Assembly: GCA_013265495.1 (NCBI GenBank)
Contig: MU062035.1
Location: 434,001 to 498,000, forward strand
Direction: 5' to 3'
Length of the DNA: 64,000 bases
DNA from: Vicugna vicugna
Taxonomy: Eukaryota
A program made the translations under genes and the position numbers. The notes under the pieces are model-generated. The model searched no databases. It was not told the origin of the DNA and was given only the letters and a program-made list of their open reading frames with translations. Shown here piece by piece: positions 35,801-47,800 of this stretch (its first letter is position 1; every line of letters starts with the position of its first letter).

Positions 35801-38800
35801 CCCAGTACCTGCTGGACTTCGAAGACCGCCTCCCCAGCTCAGTCCATGGCTCAGATAGCCTCTCCCTCAACTCCTTCAACTCTGTCACCTCCACCACCCT
35901 GGAGTGGGACGACAGTGCCATCGCCCCATCTAGTGAGGGTGAGTGCCCAGGCAGAAGTGAGCCCAGCCTCTGCCACGAAGCTGACTCTGGACCACGGAGG
36001 CCTGACTCGGGGGACACCTTTCTTAGCTTGTTCTGGTCCGTGGTGGAAATTTGAGATTAAATGGGGCTGGTCCTTTTCCAGACCTTCATTTCCTCAGAGT
36101 CCCTGTGGTGGCCCAAAAACTGATTTGCCAAAATGAGATCTTACGAATGTTAGACCCTTTTCTGGAAGGTTGTCGCCACATGCCCAGGGCAGTTCTCTGA
36201 GGTCGGGGGTGATCAGCAGGGCACCCTGGAAACTCTCCTTGACGTCGCCAGGGTGAATGCTGTCTGCTTTGAGGGGCTGTCCTACCCTTGACTCTAGGCA
36301 GGAAGAGGCTAAGCAACCCCTGGAAGGAGAATGGGTCCAAAGTTTAGAAGAAGACTCGCCCCCTTTTCCCACGGGTCCGTCAATTTCTGAGTCCCTCCTG
36401 CACTTGCCAGCATGTTAAGGGTGATCACATCCATTGCATCAAAGACCGAAGAAGAACGTCATCGCATCTGTCGGTCATTTTGTTGTCTTGGTCCAACAAC
36501 TGGTTGGAACAGCCTGGTTTCTTCCAAACCTTAGGCCTCTGTGTTCATTTATAAAACTAGCTATTTCCTTGGGGAACGCTCAGTAGTAGCATGCGTGCTC
36601 GGCGTACACAAGATCCTGGGCTCAATCCCCAGTGCCTCTGTTGGGGGAAAAACAAACAAACAAAACAAAATTGGCTGTATCCCCACCTTCATCCTATGTG
36701 GGAAGCCAGAGCTGTTCGTCTCCTGCACCCCACCTCACCTCCAGGGAAGGGGGTCCGAGCACAAGTTCAGCCCCGGGGGCTCCCTAGAATGCCATCAGCA
36801 TTGAGACCTTGACCTTCTTCCTTCTTTATTTCTGCCTGTGCTGTGGCCACATGACCCAGGGAGGAGGCAGTCACGTTCAGGCTTGCTGTTGGCAAGACTT
36901 GCACTGCTCCTTGTGCCAGTGGGAGTCGGCGGCCCAGTCTCCTCGGGTTGGGCTCGAGGGCTGCCTCAGAGGAGTTAGAGAGATGGGCCTTGAGGAGCAG
37001 CCAGACTGCCCATGGATGGAGGTGTCCCCCGTGAGCCCACCTCATCTCAGCTGCTGGGTGCGCGGAGGGAAGGAAAGCAAGGGATGGGAACCGAGCTTAG
37101 GTCTCAGGGAGCCATGTTCTTCTGGGGTTGGAACGGATTGCCCTCAGGTCTTTGTAGCGGGTGAGAGGCTACTGGGCCAGTGCCCGAGCTCAGAAGTCCT
37201 TGGGGTCCTAATAAGTTCCCCTGAGGTTGTCGGATAAAATGTAGAAAGTCTGATTTTTCCTCTCTTGTTTTTTTCCCAATGTCTCCCACCCTGTTGCCCC
37301 NNNNNNNNNNNNNNNNNNNNNNNNNNNNNNNNNNNNNNNNNNNNNNNNNNNNNNNNNNNNNNNNNNNNNNNNNNNNNNNNNNNNNNNNNNNNNNNNNNNN
37401 NNNNNNNNNNNNNNNNNNNNNNNNNNNNNNNNNNNNNNNNNNNNNNNNNNNNNNNNNNNNNNNNNNNNNNNNTACCAAGCTTGCTGCATGATTCAAAATC
37501 GGCTCATTATTTATAATAATGTCAATGATCATAACAAAGCCAAGTTTGGTGTTCTGGTATTCTGATAGATGGAATTCTGCAGTAGGAGAACTTGACCTTT
37601 AGTCCTAGGTTAATCCCTTCTCCCGGTGCAGGACTCCTGCCTTTATGCAGTGGCCTTGTGGAGTCATAAGTGACTGTGTTTCAGGGACACACGGATCACT
37701 CTTCCTGATTCCAGTGCCAGGTGATGCACCAGATGTGCCTAGGGGGCCGCCAGCTTTCAGGGCACTGGTGGCCTGACCCAGCAAGTAGAGGCTTGTTCTG
37801 GAAAACGCTGCCCTTGAACACGCAGGTGGTAAGCTCCTTTAGGTCAGCTGCACTCCTGTGTCTGAAGCATCAGGAAACAAAGGCAGAGGACTTGATTCCT
37901 CCAGTCCGTTCTTATTGGCTTTCTCTCGGGTATCTTTGAAAGAGATTGAGGTCCAAACGTGGGAAATTGCCCCGGCAGAGCTGAAACTTCCTATGGGGAG
38001 ATTCTCTTTGAAGTTTTAAGGCAGATTAAAATAAAATCTGTCAACCTTCCCACCCTGTCCACTAGGCGGCAGCAGTGCTTGGGCATTTTTCTGCTGATGA
38101 CGCCCCTTCTGGGCTTGAGAAAATTCATAAAGCTATTCCCATGATTACTCCAAGCATGGGACGTGTTTCTGAGACGGAGAATACTCCCTCCTTAAATCTG
38201 AGGCCATAACCAGACCTCGCCCCCTTTATTAAAGAGCCTCTTGTCCTGAGGGCCCTTCTGCCCAGGGTGGGGGCGCGGCCCCACCTCTGAAGGAGGAGGT
38301 GCTCACCCTGAGCTGAGCAGCCGGCAGTTCTCACCGCTGCTCGGAGCTGGCCGCCTCGTTGTTAGAGCTGTCATCCGTGAATAATGGATGACAGGTGATC
38401 TTTTCCCAAGTTACATGAGTATGAAGTAGCCTAAATTTGAGGGAAACAAATGGGGCAGTGGGAAAAATAAACTCATCTGGCCAAGAGAGTAGGATTGGAA
38501 AGTCTCCCATTTTCAGTTAACATTAGCTTGAAATCCAGAATTCCATCCTGACCTCATTTGTCCTCTCAGCCTCTCTTCTGGCAGCGCACATGCTGGGCGT
38601 CGATTTTCCCCTCTGATTCTAACAACTAACCCTTCCTGCCCTGGCTCCTTCCTGCCTGTTGCAGTCACCTGACCAGCGGGGCCTGACCCTCCCCCGCAGC
38701 CCTTCAGAGCTCCCCGGGGCCTGAGAACTAACAGCCCAGTGGCGCTGCTTGCTCGGGCGGGGCTGGGCTTCTGCCGGGATGAGATCTGTCCCCGCAGCGA

Positions 38801-41800
38801 GCTGCTGCTTTCCTGAATTCCTCAAGCACAGAAGGGCCCCTGAGCCCACCCTGGCAGCTCACCTGGGGAGGCTCTGTCCCCTCCTTAGACCCAGAAGAAA
38901 GCAGGACTTGGGAGCAGCTCCAAGCTCTGGACCCTGAGGTGGGGACTGGGGTGGCCTTTCCACAGTCCTTGGCTCATTCACAGAACTGGCGGGTGTCCCG
39001 GCCCCACCGTGGATGGTCTGCTCCCTCACCTCTTGGGACTCCTCCCCTGAGCAACTGCACGTCTCAGGGGCTGGAACAGGAACACGTGGGCTTTGCAGGG
39101 GCCTTCTCTCAGACTGAAGGGCAGGGTTTTCTACGTCTGAGAACCAGGGCTCTGGGGTCCCTGGATATGAGAAGAAAATGCCGTGTATCTAGTGTTTTTC
39201 CAGCAGAACTGGCGGTTGCTTTTAGCCTCCTCCTTAGTCCTTATATGAAAAAACAGTGTACTTTTGATGATGTGCTATGTCAGCAGACAGCTGCCCAGCG
39301 GTTTCCAAGCCCCACTAAGAAGCTGGCAGCAGGTTGGGCCCTTCCAGGTGAGGCTGAGGGTGGGAAGCATGTTTTCCACGTCTTCTCTGGGCAAGTAACG
39401 GCCAGCAAGATGTGTGCGGGCTGGCAAATGGAGCGTGAGCATCCTGTGTCCTTCGCCATTAACTGTCACCCAGGCTATTCCGCCAGCTTGGGCGGCCTCC
39501 CGTCTGCCACTGGATAAATGCCTCGTGTGCTTTTCCTGCTGACGCTCCCTCCTCTCCGTGTCCCGTTCCAGTGACTTGGGGTGGACAGTTGGGGGCGGGG
39601 GGAGCCAGTAAACCAGCTCCTCTGTGGAGGGGCTGCATCATCCCCGCGGTGGAGCCATGGGTGAGAGCGCACCCAGGGAGAACCAGGAGACAAGCTGAGG
39701 TCTGGACGAAATGCAGTTCTCAGCACCCACCTTGAAAGGGTGCTTGGGGGTCGTCGGGGAAGAAGGACCCACGAGGTGTCTGGTGGGGAGCAGCCACTCT
39801 GCACACCTTCCTCCTTCCCTCTGCATCTCAGTCTCTCCTCTGTGCTCTGAGTCCTTCTTTCCGCCCCTGCCCCTGCTCCTCACCCTTGGACTCCCTGTCC
39901 TGTCCTCAGCCTCGGCACCCTTCATTTTCTCCTGGTTCTCTTCTCCCTTCCTTCCTTCCTTTGTATCTGCCACTGTGGGGGACCCTTCAGAGGACTTTGG
40001 GTATCTCAGCCCTGCCAGGGGCGTGGGGTGCCAGAAAGGCTGCCGGGTCCGCTCTGGCAGTCCCTGATGGAGGCTCTAAGGTGAGCCTAAGAGGTATGCA
40101 GCCCATCTTTTGAGGCACTGAGGTCACCATCCTTGAGGGGCTTAAGCCTGTAGGTTGCTTAACACTGGGGCTCTTAACTCAAACTCGGCCAAATTGTTAT
40201 GAGCTCTCAAGGGCTCCCAGGGGTGGTGGTGCTGGCATCCCCCCACGTTGCTCTCACAGCACAGATTCCATGTCCTTTGGCTTGGGGCTTCTACTCCTGA
40301 AACAGCCACCCAGGCCAGATTTCCCTGGGAAGAACTCACCTGCCTCCCTCCTGAGATAAGGCATGCTTTGGGGGCCTGGGGTTCCCAGATGGTGTCCGAC
40401 GGGCTGTCTCCTGTTCCCTGTTCTCCCAGATGGAGACCTCACAGACACTGTCAGTGGCCCCCGCTCCACTGCCTCGGACCCGACCAGCAGCAAGGCTTCC
40501 ACCAAGAGTCCCACCCAGCGCCACAACCCCTTTAATGAGGACCAGGCAGAGACCGTGTCCTCCTCCGACACCACCCCTGTGCACGCCACGTCTCAGGAGA
40601 AGGGGGAGTCCCACACCCTAGACCTGCCAGACTGCACAGAGCTCGAGGTCATCAGGTCAGCGGGGGAGGGGTCCCAAGAGAAATTGAGTGGGCATCCTGG
40701 TGTCCGTCCTGTCCATTCCTAGCATCACTTTTAGTCCCTATAAACTAAGGCCTCCCCCTAATACCGAGGGCATCTGGGCATCTTCCTGGGGACTAAGTAC
40801 CTCTCCCCTCCTTGGTGGTTCTTTGATCAAGAGGAATTGAGGCCAGAGCCTGGAGGTGACTGGCTTCCAGGGCCATGCCCAGGCTGCTGGGGCATCTGTC
40901 CTGTCATCCAGAAAACACCTCAGATAGGACTTCTTTCCAAGGGAGTTCTTGGACATTAGTGCATAATTTCTGAGCTTTGTACTAACTGGAGTTCAGCATG
41001 GCTCATGGAAAGAGGAGCCTCTTTGTCATATTGACAGCGACATGGAAGGAAGGGAAGGAGGAGGTGGATGACAAGTTGGGATACTCTTGGGCCAGAGCCG
41101 CCTCGGCTCCCTGACCTCTCCTGGCTCCAGCCCTTGAGTCTGTTGCACTGAAAAAGATGTGTGTGTCAAACCTCCCAGAGGCTTGCCAGCCCAAGGCCCG
41201 GGGAATTGCTCCCCAGTGACTGGAACCAGCAGTCCTGCTCCCACAGGCTTATTTGAGTCCAGAGCAATTTGAGTGGTTCAGACCCAGGATAGCTTAGCCA
41301 GGCCCCCTCCAGCCAGCTTGGGACCAAGGAGCCAGGAGTTTGAGTTCAAACGACTTTGAGTCTTTTGATTATCCACAGTGATACCTGGGATGTGAGATGT
41401 CAGCTCAGGGTCCACTGCCCACATCCTAAGAGGAGGCTGAGTAGGGGGGCCACTGGTCTGACCAACTATGGCCAGGAGCACAGCTCGCCCAGGTGTGCCG
41501 TCAGCTGGCGCTCGCAGGACCTGCTCGGGGATTCCTCTGTCTGCTGCCGTCTGTGCCTCCCTCGGCGGGTCCCCACCTCTGCCGGCACTGGGAGGTAGCT
41601 CGGAGCCTGAGCGCTGTCAGCCCCTGGCCCAGGGCCTCGCACCCAGTGCTGCCCGGGCCCCCCGAAGGCCCCTTGCCCAGGATCACCTCTTTTAAGCCAG
41701 CCAGTCTCGTTTCCCTCAGTACTGTGGTGCTGAGACTTAAGCCTCTCCCCATCTCTGCTGTCCAGGGTCACCAAGAAGAAGAAGCTTGGCAAGAAGAAGA

Positions 41801-44800
41801 AACCCAGATCGGATGAGGAAGCAAGCCCCCTTCACCCGGCCTCTGCCCAACACACGTGTGCCAGGCGGGGGAATGGTGACAGCCTTGTCAGCAGCCCAGG
41901 CCCTGGGCGTGGCTCACCGGACACTGCCCTTGGGTCGCCCCCAGAGGAGGGAGAGGGGCCGAGCAGCGCCGCCGAGGGCAGCGAGCGCTCAGAGCCTGGC
42001 CAGGTGGCCTTGCTTATCCCCGAAATGAAGGACACCTCCATGGAGTGCTTGGGGCAGCCCCTGAGTAAGGTCATCAACCAGCTCAACGGGCAGCTGGACC
42101 CCAGCACCTGGTGCTCCCACATCGAGCCCCCCAACCAGTCCTTTCGGACCGTCTCTTCCGGGGACACCCCGGAGAGGCCGCCATTTTGTGACTTTAGTGA
42201 GGGGCTTCCAGCCCCGATGGACTTCTACCGCTTTACCGTCGAGAGTCCAAGTACTGTTACATCAGGTGGCGGCAACCATGACCCTGCAGGGCTTGGCCAA
42301 CCGCTGCATGTTCCTGGTGGCCCTGCGGCTGCTGGCCAAGAAGAAGAGGGAGGAGGAGCAGGACAGGCGCCTCGGCCCCTAGAGGATACCCCAGGGGAGG
42401 CTCGGGAGCCGGAGACCCAGGGCCCAGAGACCCAGTTGCCCCTGGTTGGTGAGGGGCCAGAGCCGGAGCCTGGGACCCAGGAGGCTCTTTGCCGGCTCAA
42501 GCGAGACCAGCCTAGCCCCTGTCTGAGCAGCGCCGAGGACTCTGGGGTGGATGAGGGACAGGGGAGCCCTTCTGAGATGACCCACTCGGCGGAGTTCAGG
42601 TGAGCACGTCTGTCTATGCCACCTGCGTGAGACACCCCTTTCCTTGATCAGGGGACGTTGGGCCTCACCCTCCAAATAAACTAAGCGTGGGCTGGGAGGT
42701 CGGAAGGGCTGTGGTCCCCCCCTCCCTCACTGAGGCTCCTGGCGGGGGCCAGGGCACTGCCACTGCGCTGCCTCTGGGTGCCTGCATCGCCTCTGCACAT
42801 GTATCGTCACCGTGTGCCTGTGCGGCCTCTCCCGCCCGCCCTGGCCTCACACCTCGCCCTCCCCACGCTTGTCCCTCTCACAGAGTAGACAACAACCACC
42901 TACTCCTGCTGATGATCCATGTGTTTCGGGAAAACGAGGAGCAGCTCTTCAAAGTAAGTCCCAGGGTCTCAAGGACGAGCAGGAGCCCACACGGAGGGGG
43001 GAGGCAGGACTGGCCCGCTCGGCTCGCGTTCAGAAGGGGAAGCGTGCGTGCGCTCCGGGCCGGGGCGCGGCCGCAGTGCCTGACCTCTGTGTGCTTCGGC
43101 CCCTCAGATGATCCGGATGAGCACGGGGCACATGGAGGGCAACCTGCAGCTGCTGTACGTGCTGCTCACAGACTGCTACGTCTACCTGCTCCGGAAAGGT
43201 GCCTGCCGCCCGGGCTAGGCCAGGGCACGTGGAGGATGAGACTGACTTTCCGCCCCCTGCTCCCCGTGCCCCCTCACCCCGGGTGTCTCTCAGCTGCCTG
43301 GCACATGGTGATGAAAATGCTCCCCACGGAAGGGGCTGCCAGCATTTCCAGCATCCCCAGGACGTAGGCCTGGGGGCCCCTCCGTGAGCACCCCGTGTCA
43401 TTCTCCAACCCCGTCATTTCAGATCACAGGGCCAGGACGGGTCCTGACCGAGAGAGGGGGCCAGATCCTAGAGAGTGGGGCAGGGGGAGGGCACAGAGGC
43501 CAGCGGGGGTAATAGGCATTGGGGTCTCCTCCCTCAGGGGCCACAGAGAAGCCATACCTGGTGGAAGAGGCTGTTTCTTACAATGAACTTGACTATGTGT
43601 CGGTGAGTTCAGGCTCTGCGGTTGGTGTGTCCTGTAGGGCAGGGCCCCTTGGCCCGCCCACCCAGAGCTGCAGGGCCGGGCATGTCTCCTGCCTCAGCCC
43701 CGAGGTTGGAGCCAGCTCTTATCCCACAGCAGCTGCGGTACATGGTGCCAGGGATGGGACCCAAGCTCAAGGCTGCCTCTTCCCCCGCTGTTTGTCTGAG
43801 CATCCCTTCCTAACTTGTGCCAGGGCCCAGGCCCCTGAGGGCTTTACCTCATGGTGACCCCAGAGTCACTCCTCCCTCCCCAGCCGGCTCTCAGTCTGGC
43901 CATGGCTGCCCCATCTGGCAGGCATGGCCAAGCCCCGTGTGCATGTCGGGGTGTGGTTTCTGGCAGGTGGGCCTCGACCAGCAGACGGTGAAGCTGGTGT
44001 GCACCAACCGCAGGAAGCAGTTTCTGCTGGACACAGCGGACATGGCATTGGCCGAGTGAGTGACAAGCCCTGCTGTCCACAGGCCTAGAGAATCAGTGTC
44101 TCCCACGGGCCTGGCAGTGCCCGGCCTCCCCACCCCCGGGGGTGAAGGGTGGGAAGTGGGACACAAAGAGGGAAACAGAGGTAAGTTCCCCCTGGAGCCT
44201 GCAGGCCAAGCAGAGGAGCAGGGAGGTGACCAACTGCATGGTCCACAGAGAGAAAGGGGGCTGGCAGGAGTCTCCCCAAAGGAAGGAGAGCGCAGGCCCT
44301 GCTTCGGGGCCACACGGGCCCCACATCTTCTGTACGAAAACTGTGTGTCCTGAGAGTGTGTCTTTGTATAAGTCCTGATGCATCATTTTGTCCAGTCCTC
44401 CTTGCGTTCAAGCCCCAAGGCCCTTTGGCCACTGGGAAGGGTCAGGCCTTTCCCAGGTCACCGTTTGATGAGCGTGTGCTGCTACTGTATCACTGCCCTC
44501 CCCGCCGCCCTGGGCTTTGGTTCCAGCCAGGCCCCTCCCCCAGGATTCTGTGACCCCTCCAGGCCAGAAGCCTTTGGGACTAAGCTGGGTCCATTTGAGG
44601 GGTGGGGGCCCCAGACCTCTGGCAGCAAGCCCCACTCCCTGTGCAGGTTTTTCTTGGCTTCTTTGAAGTCGGCAATGATCAAGGGCTGCCGGGAACCACC
44701 CTACCCCAGCATCCTGACTGATGCCACTATGGAGAAGCTGGCACTGGCCAAATTTGTGGCCCAGGAGTCTAAGTGTGAGGTAAGAACCCGGGGATGTGGG

Positions 44801-47800
44801 GCGGTTGTCCCGGAGATGCCAGCCCTGTATTAGGGTCAGGAGGTGCAAACAGCTATCTTTAGTGTTTGTCCATCTTGCCCCGGCTGTCCCCCTCCCCACT
44901 TGGGGTGGGTCCTTGGCCCCCCAGCGGCCACTCCTGCTGCTGGCCCAGACCTCACTGCTCTGTCTGCTGCCTCCTCCCCAGGCAACTGCTGTTACTGTGC
45001 GCTTCTACGGGCTTGTGCACTGGGAGGACCCCCTGGATGAATCCCTGGGCCCCGTCCCCTGCCATTGCTCACCTCCTGAGGGCACCATCACCAAAGAAGG
45101 CATGCTGCATTACAAGGCGGGCACCTCCTACTTGGGCAAGGAGCACTGGAAGACGTGCTTCGTGGTGCTCAGGTGGGAGGCCCTGCAGCTCCGGCCTGGA
45201 AGTTGGGGGTGGGGGACAGCACCCTCCCCCACAAGGGCTTTGGAGGAGACGTCCCCCGGGATCCTAGAGCTTCTCTGTAAAGCCAGCCATCTGGGGCCCA
45301 AGGAAGCCCAGAATGCCTCAGGTGGAGACCTGGGCTGTCCCCAGTTCTGAGCGAGTGCGTTCCCTGCTGTCTGTGCAGTTTTCCACCCACTCCCTGCCGT
45401 AGAAGACAGGCCTCAGCCTCCTGGCCTCTGGTCCTGTGGGATTCAGGACCCAGCTTGTGGGGGGGTCCCTGGAGTCTGGGTTCCGCCTGGCCCCCAGTTC
45501 CTGGGATGGGCCTCACCCCTGCCACATTGTGCCCCTGCAGCAACGGGATCCTCTACCAGTACCCCGACCGGACTGACGTCACCCCCCTGCTCTCGGTGAA
45601 CATGGGGTGAGTGTCGTGGGCGATGGGGGTGCTGGGCAGGTGGGGGGGCCCATGTCGCTGCCTGAAGGCCAAGGCTCCGGCGGGGCCTGGGGCTCGGGGC
45701 TCCTGTTCTCCTTGGCTTTATTGTCTCTCCCTCTTGTCAGCTCCTGCCTTCAGCTCCACCCCCATCCGTAGCCCTGACTGGTGCCCGGGAGTCTGCTGAG
45801 TCCTAGGGGAATGAGGGGAAGGGGGAAGAAAGAGGAGCTCCTTGCCTGGAAAGGATCCAGTCAGATAGGGCAGGCAGCCCCCAGGCTAATAGGGGAGGCA
45901 GTCCTTTCCCGGGAAGCACCTGACCGGATGGGGAAGATGGATACACATGCTGGGAGGAAACATCAGTTGCAAAAGAGGGAACATGAATGAATGTGCCCTG
46001 ATTCTGAGAGGGCGGGAGCCCAGAGCTGATTGTCAACCCCTGACCTGACCCTGTTTAGGTATCTAGAAGGATCCTGGCGATGTTTGAGATAAAAAGGTGT
46101 TACATAGAAAGAGGCGCAGCTGCCCAGCAGCTTTAAGCCTCTCCTGAGAACCAGGGGTGTCTGGATCATCTTCCAGTGTCCTCCAGCCCTCGAGACTCTG
46201 GGGCAGGTGCCATGTCAGCACGCCTCGAGCCAATCCCCGGGGCTCACCCCTGCCACCCCTGCCTCCTCGCTCCCGTTTCACCCTCCTCCTCTGGCCCAGG
46301 GGGGAGCAGTGCGGTGGCTGTCGGAGATCCAACACCACGGATCGGCCCCACGCCTTCCAGGTCATCCTTGCAGACCGGCCCTGCCTGGAGCTGAGCGCAG
46401 ATAGCGAGGCTGAGATGGCCGACTGGATGCAGCACCTCTGCCAGGCCGTGTCCAAAGGGGTGAGTGCCTCCTGCCTCCGCTGCTCACCTGCCTCCCGACT
46501 CCACTCAGGACCCCCAGGATCTGTTCCCCAACCCACTCTAGTCGTGGAGCACCCTCTGAGGACCAAGACGGGACCTCCAGCCCAGGAGTGACCCCTGGAG
46601 CTTAGTGGCCTGACACCCCCACCACCACCCCTGTCTGCCCCTGCTCTCCTGAGGTGGGCGGAGCCTGCCTGACATCTGAGGGAGGAGCCGAGGGTCTGGT
46701 TGGCCCCTGGAGTGGGAGTCCTGGTGCAGACCAGCCATAGAGAGCTCCAGCTTGTCTCTCCCCTCCCCTCTGCCAATGCCCTTCAGGTCATCCCCCAGGG
46801 GGTAACTCCCAGCCCCTGTATCCCCTGCTGCCTGGTGATCACTGACGACCGCCTCTTCACATGCCACGAGGATTGCCAGACCAGCTTCTTCCGCTCCCTG
46901 GGCACCACCAAGTTGGCCGACATCAGTGCCGTCTCCACTGACCTGGGCAAGGAGTACTGTGTCTTGGTGAGCGATGGGGTGGCAGGCAATGGAGGCAGGC
47001 CCTGCGGAAGGAGCACTGTATCTGCTCATCTAGGGTCTCCGCTCCCCACAGGAGTTTTCCCAGGATAGCCAACAGCCCCTCCCTCCCTGGGTCATCTACT
47101 TGAGCTGCACATCTGAACTGGACCGATTCCTGTCTGCACTGAACTCCGGGTGGAAAACCATCTACCAGGTACCCGGCTGCCCTGCAGAGTGGAGCCATTC
47201 CCTGGGGAAGGGAGCCCTGCATGGCACAGATGGAGGCAGGAGTCGGGGGCCAGGGGTGGCACCGGACCAGTAGCGCGGGGACAGACATGGACATGGAGGA
47301 CCAAAGGGGCAAGACCCTGGCTCCCTGTGAGTCTGAGGCTAAAGCTGGGAGTAGAGTCCAGGAAACACCACTCCTGACCTTCTCAGCTCCCATCAAAAAG
47401 CAAGAATTAAGTGCTTATGCTGGGGCTAGAGCTGCACCCAGATGGTAGGGGCACAGGATTGGCAGGGCGCTCCTCCTCGCCCAGAGCTTCCAGGCTGAGA
47501 AGGCACTCCTCAAATGCCTGGACAGGTTGTGGTTTGAGCATGTGCTGTGCTGCCCCGCGGAAGCTCTGGACCAACCCTGGGCACGGTTCCAGACAGATAC
47601 TTTAAGGGGCAGAGCCTGCCTCCCCTGGCCTCCAAGAGCCAGGGCCTTCCCTGGAAGGAGGAGGTGCAGGGATCACCACCCCATCGGCTCGCGCCCCTCC
47701 TGACCAGCAGGAGAACTCAGCAGCATGGATGTTGTTCCGGGGCAAGGTTGCACCTGGCATGGAGGGACCCCAGGCTCCCTGGGAGCTCTTTGCACAACGC

